DNA of 63,893 nt, the filler included, from Hyphochytrium catenoides (Eukaryota > Protista > Hyphochytriomycota), in assembly GCA_900088475.1 (NCBI GenBank). It is 12 parts of 12 records of this genome, joined end to end, with 100 filler letters (N's around TTAATTAATTAA, not from the genome) between each part and the next. Parts side by side here need not be neighbours in the genome. Positions count along the whole stretch, not along the records: positions 13,096 to 28,249 come from FLMG01001020.1; positions 28,350 to 33,137 come from FLMG01000257.1; positions 33,238 to 34,496 come from FLMG01001163.1; positions 34,597 to 38,908 come from FLMG01001198.1; 8 more parts are not named here. One strand, given 5' to 3'. The notes under the pieces were generated by a model. The model was not told the DNA's origin, made no database searches, and saw only the letters and a program-made list of their open reading frames with translations. A program made the translations under genes and the position numbers. Shown here in pieces: positions 25,529 to 38,022 of the stretch; within the stretch, counting starts at the first letter, position 1; the number at the start of each line of letters is the position of its first letter.

Positions 25529-27908
25529 GAGAGAGAGAAAAGAAAAGAGAAAGAGAGACACAGAGAGACACAGGAAAAAAGAAACAAAAATAGAAGAGAG
25601 ACAGCGAAGACGACAGAAACAGTGAGACAACAGGAAGAGAGACATAACGAGAAAAGATAAAGAGACCGAGAGGAGAGGGGCCGAGTGCAAGTGAGAGAGA
25701 CAAAGAGAGACGGTCATTGAGTATTTCTGTCTATTAGTCGAAAGCATCCTGAAGGGAGATGAGGGAGAGATGGGGGAGAAGAGAAGAAAAAGATGGACAC
25801 TCAAGCAAAAGGCAGGGGAAAAGCAGGGACGAGAGCAAAAACGGGAAAAGAGAGAGGAAGAGAGAGAGACACAGAGAGAGGCACAGAGAGAGAGAGAGTA
25901 CCTTTGTGGATACTTCTGTGGCTTCTTCAACAAGCTTCTTCTTGGCTACCGCGGCAGCTTCAGTTGTTGCCTTAAGTTGCCAGAGGCCCATTAAGATGAA
26001 CCAGGAGACTAAAGCAATCAGAGAAAGAGTGAGAGAGAAAAGAGAGTCAGACAGAGAAAGAGAGAGAGAGAAAGAAAAGGGAGAGTGGGGAATAGAGAGA
26101 GAGAGACGGAAAGAGAAAGTAAAAGCCATAATGAAGTTTTTGAGGAAAACGGACGACGGGAAACCTTTCACGTGGAAAGAGAAAGGAGGGAAGTAATGTC
26201 AAAGAGAGTCACGGTCTCAAAAGCATTAGAAAAGAGAAAGCGTCATCGGAAAGAGAGAAACATGGACAGATAAGGAAAGTTTTGACTATGAGTATAAGGA
26301 GGACAATTGCCATAAAGAGGAAGAGTAAAAGAGAGAGAGACACACACGAGTAAGAGGGGGAACAGAGAATAGCGACGAGAGAGAGAGAAGGAGAGAGAGA
26401 AGGAAAGAGAGAAGAGGGAAAGAGGGAACTAGAAGGTAGAGGAGAGCGAGAGAAGGGAAAGCGAAATGAAAGGGGACAAGCGAAGAAGAAATGATAAGAC
26501 GAGGAAGAAAGAGAGATTATGAGAGAGGAAATCAGAAGGAGAGAAAGAGAAAGAGAGAGAACGAGAAGAAGAGAGAGAGAGAGAGAGAAACCGAGAGACG
26601 ATACTTGCCCGTGCGGATGGAAGGAGGAATGCCTCTGTTTGCCTCGGCCACCACTTCAGCAGGCCGCGGCGCCGGTTGGAGGTTCGGATCCTGAGCTGCC
26701 GCTCTGCTGACCTCTGACACCCAGCGGACCAGCTTCCCAGCCATAAACTGAAGGGAGAGAGAAAAGAGAGAGACAATGAGAGAGAAACAGATAGACAGAC
26801 AGACACAGAGAGAGAGAGAAAAAAAGAGAGGGGAAGGGGGGTGGAGGGAGAAGAACGGGGGACGAGAAAAGGAGAGAGAGGGGGCAAGGGAAAGAGGGAG
26901 GTAAGGTGAAAAGACAGAGCCAGAGAGAGAGAGAAAACAAGAAAAAGAGACAGAGAGGAAGGAGAGAACAGAGGGGAAGAGAGAGATGAGAGCTCATCCC
27001 ATGGCTGATACGAGCTAGAGATTGGGTAGAGAGAAGAGAGGTGACGTAGGGGAGAGAAAAGGAAAACATCAGAGAAGATGAGACATGGAGGGAGGGCAGC
27101 GGAGAGGAAGATGGAGAGAGAAACGTAGAAGGGAGAGAGAGAGAGAGACAGGCAGATAGACAGAGAGGGAGAGAAGGAGAGAAAGAGGTACAGAGAGAGA
27201 GAGAGAGAGAAAGATTGAGAGAGAGAAAGAGGTACAGAGACAGAGAGAGAGGCAGAAAGAGAGAGAGAAAGAGAGAGACAGAGGGAGAAAGAGAGAGAAA
27301 GAGACAGGGAGAGGTTGAGAGAGACAGAGAGACAGAGAGAGAGAGAAAGAGAGAGAGAGAGNNNNNNNNNNNNNNNNNNNNNNNNNNNNNNNNNNNNNNN
27401 NNNNNNNNNNNNNNNNNNNNNNNNNNNNNNNNNNNNNNNNNTTTCAAAGATCGGATTACCCGCTTCACTGTGAACCTGAGCAGAGAAGAGAAAGAGAAGA
27501 TCGCAAAGAGAGAGAGGAGAGAAACAGAGAGAGAAGGGGAGAGAGACAGAGACAGAGAGAGACAGAGAGAGAGAAGGACAAAGGGTGTAAACAAGGGTGA
27601 GAAGAGAAAGATAGAATGGGAGATATCGGGTTAGGGGTTAAAAGACAAGGACCGCATGTGACGGCATGAGGCTTTATCTCTCTTCCTCTCTCTTTCTACA
27701 GGTTCTCCCTCTCTGTCTGTCTGCCTGTCTCTCTCTCTCTCTCCTTCTTTAACTCTCTCTCTCTCTCTCTCTCTCCTCCTGTCATGACTTCTCTGTGTTA
27801 CCTGAGCTTGACTTTTCCCTGCTGGAGGAGTTGGTCATCCCACTCCAGCACCTTTCCCAGCAGCAGCTCGTTCAAAGGATTCTGGCACTTGAGGCTGTTC
27901 GGCGCCAT
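19896..27908 (-). CDS. MUS81: Crossover junction endonuclease MUS81, many exons, one spanning an N gap
   Basis: N-terminal CQNPLNELLL../FTVKRVIRSLK../FMAGKL HhH region; winged helix (YWRKSVKDLL..FLLTEEG); ERCC4 nuclease VILLVDTRE, VRQLILGDFLWVAR, YIVERKEVTDLAFSVMDGR|YLEQKYRL..VIYLVEG; C-terminal HhH (YPTL..LLRAY, RKLGPVLSRRIY). The catalytic GD..ERKxxxD motif is intact. Confidence 0.95.
20102..20237. repeat. 46-bp near-perfect direct repeat (two copies, 90-bp period) in the last MUS81 intron
   Basis: GCCTTTTAAGTTCAATGGAA(T/C)GATAGAA(C/G)CGTGAAGAGAG(G/A)AACAG at 20102 and 20192. Confidence 0.85.
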
Positions 27909-29699
27909 ACTCCGCCTCTTCTTNNNNNNNNNNNNNNNNNNNNNNNNNNNNNNNNTCTCTCTCTCTCTTCTCTCTCTCCCTCTCTGTCTTTCACACTCTC
28001 TCTCTCTAGCACACAAATAAACAGCCACCTTTCTTTCTCTATCTTTAAGTTCTCTCTCTCCTCTTCTTCCTCGTTCCTTTCGCTTCTTGAGAGACAAAAA
28101 AGAAGAGAAACTGTTTAGACAACAAGCAAGAGGAGAGAAGCCGGAGGAGAGAGGAGTCCCAAGAGAGAGACAAGAGGCAAGGCTTAACAATGTAGAGAAC
28201 AGCAGCAGAGGAAGGAGATGCTCCGGTGGGCTAGGTTGCCAGAGAGAGANNNNNNNNNNNNNNNNNNNNNNNNNNNNNNNNNNNNNNNNNNNNTTAATTA
28301 ATTAANNNNNNNNNNNNNNNNNNNNNNNNNNNNNNNNNNNNNNNNNNNNATGGTACTACTACACGGAGTATTCACATATAACAGAACGTCGCTCCCAGGG
28401 AAGTCTCTCTCTCTCTCTCTTCAAGCAGCGTCGATTCTCTTGCTCCTCTCTCTTTCCGCTCTCCTCGCTAGACAAGAAGAGAAGCGGTCGCCAGAGGCAC
28501 AGAGAGGAGATAACACTCCTAGACTTCCTTCTCTACAATGATGTCTAAGCTTCCGTCATGAGGAGAATTTGCATCTGCTGCTTCCATTCAACATAATTTG
28601 CAGCTCCTGTCACCTTCTCAATGGAAGCGGAGAGGGAAGACGTGGAGGAATCCATGATGATGGTAGATGTCTGGTAAAAGAAGAGCGGGCCTTTAATAAC
28701 CTGGTGATATGGCACAGTTGGTTGGAAGCTCTTCTTCGTTGTACTGCAATTAGCAGAATAATATTTTTGAAGATATGAGCTCGAGGAGAGCTTGATAGAC
28801 TAGAAGTCCGTAAGTACTATAAAGCCTAAATATGCAAAGGAATGAGAGTTGATTTTCAACAGAGAAAGCAGAGAGAGAAACACTTTAAGGAAGAGAGAGA
28901 ACGGAGAGTGTTAGAATTATTTGAATGGTCACCACCAAGGGATCCGTCGCCTCAGAAAACAGAATCGGCATTGAATTGGTGGTCAGAAGGAAGGGAAGTA
29001 AAGTGGGAAAAGAGAAAGGTTCATGAAGTAAGAACTAATTTCTAGAGGAACTAATGAACAAAGAAAGTAGGACAAGCAATCAAGAAGAAGAGTAGTATTC
29101 CTTGCATGGAGACCCTGAAAGAAAAGGGTTCTCAACAGGAGCTTCTCAAGAAGGAGTGAAACGTGCAAGAGCTTGACCTGGTAGGCACTAGCCACAAAAG
29201 CGAAAGGAGAAACCAAGTGAGAGACAATCTAAAAGGAGAGGTACGAGAAATTACCAACGATAATAGAACAAGGAACTAGACTATCAAAAGGGAACAGAGA
29301 GTGGGATTGATCGAAAGAGGTGGAGTAAAGAGAGAGAATGAAAGAGATCCTGTGAAAGACAAGGAAGGACAAGTTTTGAGAGAAGGGACAGCAGGCCCCT
29401 AGCTCCTCGCTTGCTTGAGCAAAGATGCAGCGGGGGTCAGGTGCTAGGCCTTCTAATGTAAGGAAGGAGGTGGTCCTTCCCTCCCTCCTCCCGCCACACG
29501 CTACTAGCCTTCCGTTCTTCAGTGGCTCCGTCTCTCTTCCTCTACATCTTCACCTGCACACCTCTCTTCCCTCGTCAGGTAACAGGAGGGGACCCACAAA
29601 AGAGTAGTAATCCTTCTCCACGTTTGCCTGTCACTATGATAGAATCTGTACTCCCAATGCACGTGAAACATTGGCCCTACATGTAGTTTACTGCGGAAC

Positions 29700-30640
29700 C
29701 TAAATGCTGTTCTTTCTCTCTTGCGCTCTCGCCTCTTTCTTCTCCTTGCCCTTCATTATCTCCGTAATCTAAGAGACCAGAGTCGGGTCTTGAAGGAGAG
29801 TGAGAAGGTGCTTGGTCTGTACGTGGACTCGATGGTTAGCAGCTTTCAGAGGAAGTACACATAAAACAATCTCCCTTCTTAGTCCTTGACCACCAGTGAG
29901 AAGGATAACAGCCCTCAGCGCTTTCTCTGAAGACCACCGTCTGCCTGTCACCCTTTACCATCTTGCGAGTGCAACGAACGGCAGGGAAAAGAGGCGTAGG
30001 TTTGCAAGAACGTCTAGTAACTGCTGATGGGTTGTTGACTTGCCACCAAACGGACGAGCGAAAGCATTATGAAACACCTCTTCCTACATGTTCGCTGCTC
30101 ACATTTGATCTGTTGCAGCTATCACTGACTTTGTTGGAGAGCCTAATGTTTGCCTCCCGCTCGCTCGCGTTCACTGATACGTTCACGAATAGAGCAGAAT
30201 GGGAGGGAGCACGGAAAGACAGTTTGGCGTTATCACATTTGTCACCGAACTTTCGCCTTCTGAGCATTAATCCTTAATAGAAATCACTTCTTACCGTGTT
30301 TGCCTTCGTCACCTCTCGACTATGATAAAAGGTTCCATCCCATCCTGAGGTTGGATCTCTTGTCCACAGAGGTCCTAGCAAAAAGGATCATCAGACGGGA
30401 GGGGTGACAGAGGAGCAATTCGTTCCTGCAGATTTGGTGACAACTAGGATTGCCCCTGTGCTAAGCTCTACTAATAATATAAAGAGGTGGTCAGACCGTT
30501 GCCTATCAAAGACTACCAATCTCTGCCTTATCTTTCTCCTAGCTTCTCTGTTCTAGCAGTCATCTAGTTCTACTCTGCTTTGCTCCCCGAAGAGTACAAT
30601 GCTATGGGGGTTTCTGTCCGTAATCTCGACAGCTCGTTGA
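29700..30640 (-). pseudogene. Long protein-like frame interrupted by many stops, mostly TAG
   Basis: One frame reads ELSRLRTETPIALYSSGSKAE*N*MTARTEKLGER*GRDW*SLIG..YY**SLAQGQS*LSPNLQERIAPL..M*EEVFHNAFARPFGG..ARW*RVTG..DPTLVS*ITEIMKGKE. Manual count is about 10 TAG, 4 TAA and 4 TGA. Family not recognised. Confidence 0.45.
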
Positions 30641-33299
30641 GAGGACCACGAGAGAAGACACTGCACCACCCCAAAAAAGCATCACCGTGATCCCCTCTGT
30701 TTTACCCAGACAGAGGGAGACAGAGTGGAGAAGAGAACAACGGGAGACCGAGACACACACACACAGGGAGAAAGAAAGAGCCAAGTAGGGAGGCCCGCGG
30801 GATAGTCGCGATAACAGCAGCAACGCATGGAGCCTTCTATCGTCTTCAATCACGCCTCGCCCCTTCCCAAAAAAACATGGGAGTACCTATTCTGGAAAAG
30901 GATGGAAAGAAAGGAGCCCGTGCAGATCGCTTTAATAAGAAAAACAGTGACAAGGGAGAATGGTAACGACAAACAATTGGTCCTCTCTTGCCGTACCAAT
31001 GACAGCGTCCGGAAGTCGTCCCTCCAAGCGGAAAAAGAAAATCATCAGAGAGGACAGCCATAGAATATCCTAGCAGACATTGTGCAACGAAGGAGTGCGA
31101 AGAGAAATGATGGAGAGTAGAGAAGAAGAAAAGAGGAAGAGTCAAGACCCTAGGAGAGAGGTAAGGACCGTACGCTATGAGTGGCCTGCGAATGGCGGCA
31201 GCCGACAAGACATACAGGTCAGTAATAATAGAGGAAAAAGAAGAGAACGGAGAAGAAAGAACAGAGGACAATAGAGAGACGCGGCAGAGAGGCAGGAGAG
31301 GGATTGCTTTAGGGATGGGGCTGCTTTGCCATATCTGCACCTCTGCGAGGAGAAGGCCGGTCAACTGCTTTCACGTGCGGAGGCTCTGCCTCTCTTCTAC
31401 CTCCGCTTCGTCGAACGAGCTCATGGCGGGCCCAGCGGCACGCTAACCCCTAGGGGCATAGGGGAAGAGGCAGAGATTTGAGGTTCAGAGTGAGCGAAGC
31501 AGACCGCACCAACGGCAAAAAAAAACAAACGTGTGGGAGGTCAGAAGAAGAGAGATCGTCGAGAGAGCCGAGCAGCAATGAGAAAAAGAGAGAAAGAGAG
31601 AGAGTGTGTGAGTGTGAGGAGAGAGAGAGAGAGGCAACAGGAGAGAGAGAGAGCCAATGTGTGAAATAGGGAGACTGATATAGAGAGTAGTTCTAATAAA
31701 AGAAGATGAAATTGGTACGGTTCGTCAACCTTTTCCTCAGCAAGTAAATTGAAGATGAAGGGAAATGCTTCAAGTCGAACCCCAAGCACGTCGGGTGTTA
31801 AGAGAAAGAGTGCAACAAGGTGAACGATGTAACTTCTTGGACCTCTTCCTTTCACTTGGTTGGCNNNNNNNNNNNNNNNNNNNNNNNNNNNNNNNNNNNN
31901 NNNNNNNNNNNNNNNNNNNNAAAGAGGGTGAGAGGTCAGGGAGCGCTACCCTCGCCGCTGTCTCTATGTGGTGGAATATCCAGGGAGGGATATTAGGTTT
32001 TGCTGGCGCGGTTGTAGGATGGGGCTGACCTCCTCCGTCACTTTCAGATTTCCTCAGTCAGCCTCAGTTTCTGCCGCCTGCTCAAAATCTGGACACAGCG
32101 GCAACGGATAGAAGAAGCACAGCTGACTAGACCTATGCGCTGCCGCAGAACAGTCAGAAGCGGTAGAGACTGACATTGATCNNNNNNNNNNNNNNNNNNN
32201 NNNNNNNNNNNNNNNNNNNNNNNNNNNTGCTATCGCTTCTCCACGAGCCCCTGCTGCATATTTACGGCCCGCTCTTCTCCCTTCCTTCTCTCCTGGAGGG
32301 ATAATGCATAGACAACTTTTTAATACGGCTCTGCTATTGTGACAGGACCGCGGCAGGACGGGGTTCGTACTACACAGCCATTTCTTAGCAAAGTATGGTG
32401 GAGCAGATGAAGAGAAGCGTGCTCAATATGAAGCGGATTGATAATAGAACTTCTTGCCATTCGTCGTCTGGCAATCTTCCTCCATGAGATTGTATCCGGG
32501 CCTCGTCGGAACTTCANNNNNNNNNNNNNNNNNNNNNNNNNNNNNNNAACCGCATTTGCTATCCGTCTTATGCTAATTTCTTTCTCTCGTTCTCCATACA
32601 CGAAGACGTCTCTCGGCAACAGCTCATGAAGTCTCTCTCTGCACCACAGATCTCTTCCACTTCTTCATCATCGGAGCATGTCTTTCTTTCCATTTTAGGT
32701 GACCAAAGGATGGAGGAGGTCGAGATCCCTCTGGTCTCCCTTGCTGTAGGCTGGGCGGTCTGTGACTGGACAAGGAATCACTTGTGCCACGCCATCTTGC
32801 GCCTTCAGCCGCCTAATCAGGGGGCTCTCCTCGCACCTCAGCCATATTATTGGCCGCAAGAAGAACCTTTTAGGTCGCGTCCAAAGCCTCTCTCTGCTAA
32901 GACAAGGCTTACTTCCAGGTCCAAAATACCTTCTGGTGTCTGTGCTTGCCTTCCTCCTCTTCCGTGTGTTTCTCTAGCTCAGTTGCTCTAGCCTCCATCA
33001 TAGTAGTCCCAAGAAAAGTAGAAGATGTTTACGTCCAGTACACTACCAAGCTCAGACTACGTCAGGCTAGTAGTAGATTGTTATCAAGTGTACCGATCCA
33101 CTTTTCGCCCAGGTAGATATGATGCCGCCTAACTGCANNNNNNNNNNNNNNNNNNNNNNNNNNNNNNNNNNNNNNNNNNNNTTAATTAATTAANNNNNNN
33201 NNNNNNNNNNNNNNNNNNNNNNNNNNNNNNNNNNNNNAGAGAGAGAGAGAGAGAGAGAAAGATGCCGAGAGAGAGTTCTACGAGAATGGAGAGTCTTAC

Positions 33300-34267
33300 T
33301 TGTTTGCTCGGGCACCACGTTACTCATCACCTTCCAGAATTCCCTCTCTTTCTCTCTTGCTCTTTCTCTGTGCTTCTCCATCTCCCGCACATCCAGAAGA
33401 GAGCCGCCTGCGGGAGAGACAACAGCTCCTTCTCTCTCTCTCTTCTCCTCCACGAATGCTTTCATGTTCTCTATGATCTTATCCGGATCCAAGGTCTTGA
33501 CGTGATGCTCTATGTCCGAGTCTTTCAAAAAGAACGGATCCTGCTCCTCCGGAAAGAAGAAGCTAACATACAGAGAGAGAGAGACAGAGAGAGAAGTGAG
33601 AGAAGGGATGGTGATGGCCATAGGTAAAGCTGTGTGGATGTGGAAGACAGAGAGAGAAAGAGAGAGGGGAAGAGAGAAAGAAAGAAGGTATTGCGGGGAT
33701 AAAAGAGAAATGACAGAGATGTGACCCAAAAGAGAAAGATAGGTCCACAAGCAGAAAGAGAGGAAAGAGATAAGAACAGACAGCGAGTGAAAGAGGTATA
33801 AGAAAACTATGCGAGAAAGAGAGAGAGAGAGAGAGAGAAATGAAAGTACCTCATGATCCTTTTTAGATCCTTCTCTGTCTTGACGCCGATGGTTCTCAGG
33901 ATGACATCTGCCTCTAGAAGCAGAGCCTTGTCCTCAGTAATATCCTTCACGCGGTCCCGCAGCTGGAGAGAGAGAGAGAGAGAGAGAAGAGAGCGGCACG
34001 GATTTAGGGAGAGAGAGAAGCAAGCGGAAGGAGAGAGAAAGGAAGAAAGGCACAGAGAAGGAGAAGAACAGAGAAGTAACGAGGAATGAGTAAGAGAAAT
34101 AAAAGAACGAGAGGAAATAAGAGAACACGCGAAAGACTCTCTTCATCAATCACTAACAGTCTCTCCTTTCTGTTCCCTAGTCATCCTATTCCCTCTCTCT
34201 ACCTCTTATGCGTCTCCGCAAAGGTTCTTCTCATCTGTGCCGTCCTCTCTCTCTCTAGCTCTTACTC

Positions 34268-34302
<35 letters not shown>

Positions 34303-34469
34303 GTCACTCCATTCTCTTACCTCTTTATCCATGAGAAAGGCAGCTTCTTTGACGATGATCTTCAGCATCGCCTTCAGTTTTGGGTAGGAGATGCTCCCGC
34401 CTCCCGCCCGTGAAGAGACGCTGAACTCTGGCGCCTCCTCGTCTCCTTCTCCATTGCTATGCGAGACAG
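33300..34469 (-). CDS. DRC1: Dynein regulatory complex subunit 1 (DRC1/CCDC164-like), internal fragment, 3 exons
   Basis: ISYPKLKAMLKIIVKEAAFLMDKE|LRDRVKDITEDKALLLEADVILRTIGVKTEKDLKRIM|SFF..LDPDKIIENMKAFVE..EREFWKVMSNVVPE follows the DRC1 C-terminal-half pattern (EAgFL, D.I...lG, FW..l.nV). Confidence 0.75.
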
Positions 34470-37400
34470 CTAAAGGGGAGAGAGAGAGAGAGAGAGNNNN
34501 NNNNNNNNNNNNNNNNNNNNNNNNNNNNNNNNNNNNNNNNTTAATTAATTAANNNNNNNNNNNNNNNNNNNNNNNNNNNNNNNNNNNNNNNNNNNNACCA
34601 TTGGCACGGTGGATGCTAAGCATCGCACCGCTCATATAAGTAGGGTGGAGATATCAAAGAACAGAGACACCTACACAACCAGATAAGACAACCGAGGATT
34701 TTTTGAGACTGAGAAGAATGATGAGCAAGAGACAAATAGAGAGGAACTGTAGAAGAGCAGCAGAATGGGCACAGAGAGATAAAAGAGAGAGAGACGAATA
34801 CAGATGACGTAGATCATCAGCAAGAGAGTGTTGATCATCGTGTCGCTTTGTTACAGGTCGTCCTCAAAGACTTGCCCTTCCGATAGCAATCTGACATCTG
34901 GCCGCTGTTGCTGTCTCCAAGGTGGAGAACTAACTCATCAGATGGGTATATCAGCCATCGGGTCAACTCTGACTCTGACTCATCATACAGCATTTCTTTG
35001 AAGTGCCGGTAATGAGTGGGGCGGCGCGCCTTTATCGCCGCTGCCAAGTCTCTGTGCAGTGGCCCCCCTTATACTACAAAAGGACAAAAGGACCACACAC
35101 AGATACAACTCCAGGGCTCCCCCTGGAAGGAGCCATCCGTTACCAGTCCCCATTTGCAGACAAGTAGAAAAGATACGCGAGGGGGAATCATCGGGGCTCT
35201 GATGAGATCTCTGTCTGCTGATCAGCCGCCGTCTACTTTATCTCCCGTTGAGAAGAAGCCACTGCCCGGCCGTCGACGTGCCCAAGCTGGGGATCAGTGG
35301 TCTTTACCAGAAGAACGCTCTCAACAACTAGTACTATTTGCTGCCCATCATCAATGAAGAATCAGGCTGATCCGCTGCTGGCTCTTCTTAAGGGAGAGGG
35401 AGCAGAAAGTTCGCTATGCCGGGATAAACACTGCCACTTGACGGCTGCTCTTTTTCAGCTCAAATATCGACAGTGGCTGAGTTGACGATGATGCTAGGCC
35501 TTGAACCGGATGAACAGGAGAGTAACTTCTTAACTCCCTTGTTTCCAGTTTCAGCCTGCTGATGCGCTCGTTTCTCGTTGGATTCGGTCGATATACTCTG
35601 TGCATCTGTTTGAGGGATACCTCCTAATGCCGTTGGTTCTACTGTCCGTCAATCAATCATGGCAGCTTGGCGGTGGTTGGCTCTTTGTCCCTACCGTCTT
35701 TACACAGACGCCGCTCTCTCTCCAGTTCAGGTACGAGCGGATCGGAAGTGCCATTCTGTGCGCTCTACCACACTGAAACGGTCACCCTACAGTCTGTGCA
35801 CTATGAAGTCTGATGCTTGTGTTACCTAGCACTTTGTCATTCATCGACTGCTGGACCCGGGTGAGATGTTGAAAGAACGCTGACAAATGTCCAACGCGTC
35901 GAACTCCTTCTTCATCACGCGAGGAGCAGCTCTTGTCTTCATTACCGTTAGGGCTCAATTCTATCAGGCTAGCTCTCGCTCTCTTTATTGTGTCCTTGTC
36001 TCTCTCTCTATCCAGTCTTCTCTTATTCTGTCTTGCCCCCTCTCCTTCCCTAGACACACCCTCGCTATTATATGCTAAGTATTCACAATCAACTTGCAGG
36101 TAGCCCAAAAAGCTCTCAGTCAACAATCCTGTGTGTACCAGCCTGGGAAGCCCCATCATGTGTTGCAGGCCACATAAAGTGAACTTCTTGATCTATGTTT
36201 ATTGCTTATCTGCCATGGTCTCGATAACCCCTCTGTTGATCATCTTTGCCTTGTTCCGGTTCCTTCCCACCATCATCGCCTTTCGCTTTACTTCTGAACG
36301 GTGAACAAATGCCTTAGCAATCCTTTTCTTCCTGCGGGCAACTAACTGCTATCACCCTCTTCTAGTTCTTTTGCTGTCATATGTGTGTTCTCTAATACAC
36401 CGGCTTTCCCGTCTCCGTCACTGACTCGGTGACATAGAATAGACCTGACTTGCAGGCGCATGGGACACAAAAGTGGGCATGACTCAGGGACATTCTTCGA
36501 ACTTCGCTCACCGCAGGAGTCGTTACACTCTGATGAGCCAACCAGTGCATTGTACCGTGGAGACTTCTATTCCTTATAATTGTAGTCTTCGCTCTCTCTC
36601 TCTCTTCTTCTGTGATGCGTTGGCGAATATTTCTGACGATCTCTTCTCTTCTTTCTCTTCATTTTTCTTGCTCTTCTTCTCAGGTAGATTGCTTGCTGAT
36701 AAATATCATTAGGTTAAGTAAAACTGTCAAGTTTGACGGCCCAACTTATTCTTGTGGCACGAACAACAATCCACCGGCCTGCTGTCTTACTCATCAAGCC
36801 TTCAACCAGCTATTCAGATGCCCTGTGGACGGCCTCACGCACCCCTGATCTGGTAGCTGTCCTCGGAAGTCAGAGGCTTCATTTGATCGACGACAATCTG
36901 GCACATGTTTCTTCCTCCTCGTACCCTCTCCTATTTTCCCTTTAGTGGTCATGCTCGTTGTTATATTGTCTATAGAGCTTCGTCTTTGTGCCCGTGAATA
37001 CCCGTCTGACTTCTCTGACATGAGAGCTGCCGCAGCTAATGCTTCTAGTGTAGGGTAGGGTCACGTTGCTTGCGTCTTTTTCTACTCCTGCTTGGAGGGC
37101 TTAGAAAAGAAAGCAATAAGAAGCCTAAGAAGAAGAAGAGGTGGACCTCGATAATAATACGTACGAGCAAGTCTGGAGAAAAAGAGAAAAAGGAAGAAGA
37201 GGGGAGGACATAAGTTCGATGGAACGCCGCTGGGGAGGACCACCGCCGCACCATACCTTGCCCTGTCCAAGAGAACTGCTTCATCTTCTTATTACTCCTA
37301 AGTAAGTACCATCCGACATCATCGGTCCAACCAACAAGAGCTAGCGGGCTGGAAGAAAGGAGCCAGGAGTCAAATCTGGTCCTTTAGTCACCAGATAGAT

Positions 37401-38022
37401 TAATACGTTTTTCCTCTTCCCCTCATTTCTCCTCACTTCCATGTTGCAAAGTCCTCATTTTTTCTGGCCGCCCTCCGAGTTCTTCACCTTCCTTCACTCT
37501 CTCTTTCCCTGTTTCTGACACATATCACACTCTCCTCATTCGCTCTTTCTCACATTTCTCTTCCTCTCTCTCCCTTTCTAAATCTTCCCTCTCTATCCCT
37601 CTCCCCTCTGTCTCTCTGTCGTCTTATCTTCCTACTCGTCTCTCTATATACATCCTCTCAAGTGGCCTGGGTGTTCCGTCTATTTGCGACCCTAGCCAGT
37701 GTCGGTGCGAACTGAAACCCGCAATCCATGCCGTTGGCCAGCTGTAAGGCCAGTTATCGAGTTCCAGTAGCCAGTCTTAGGTGTTGTCCACCAGCCTATT
37801 TAGAGCTTATTTAGGGTACTAAGAAATCTACTTCTTCCACGTGGAACTCAGCTAAGATCATTCATCTCTGTTTATTCCGCGTTACCTCAGCCCTTAAAGT
37901 AGACTCAAGTCAGTTGCCCATTGAATTCTTAGCAAATCATAGCTGATTCCTTCAAAGAAGCACTTCTGCTGTGTGATACAGGTCTCTTCCAAATCCCGTT
38001 TCATGACCTCCCCAACATCAAA

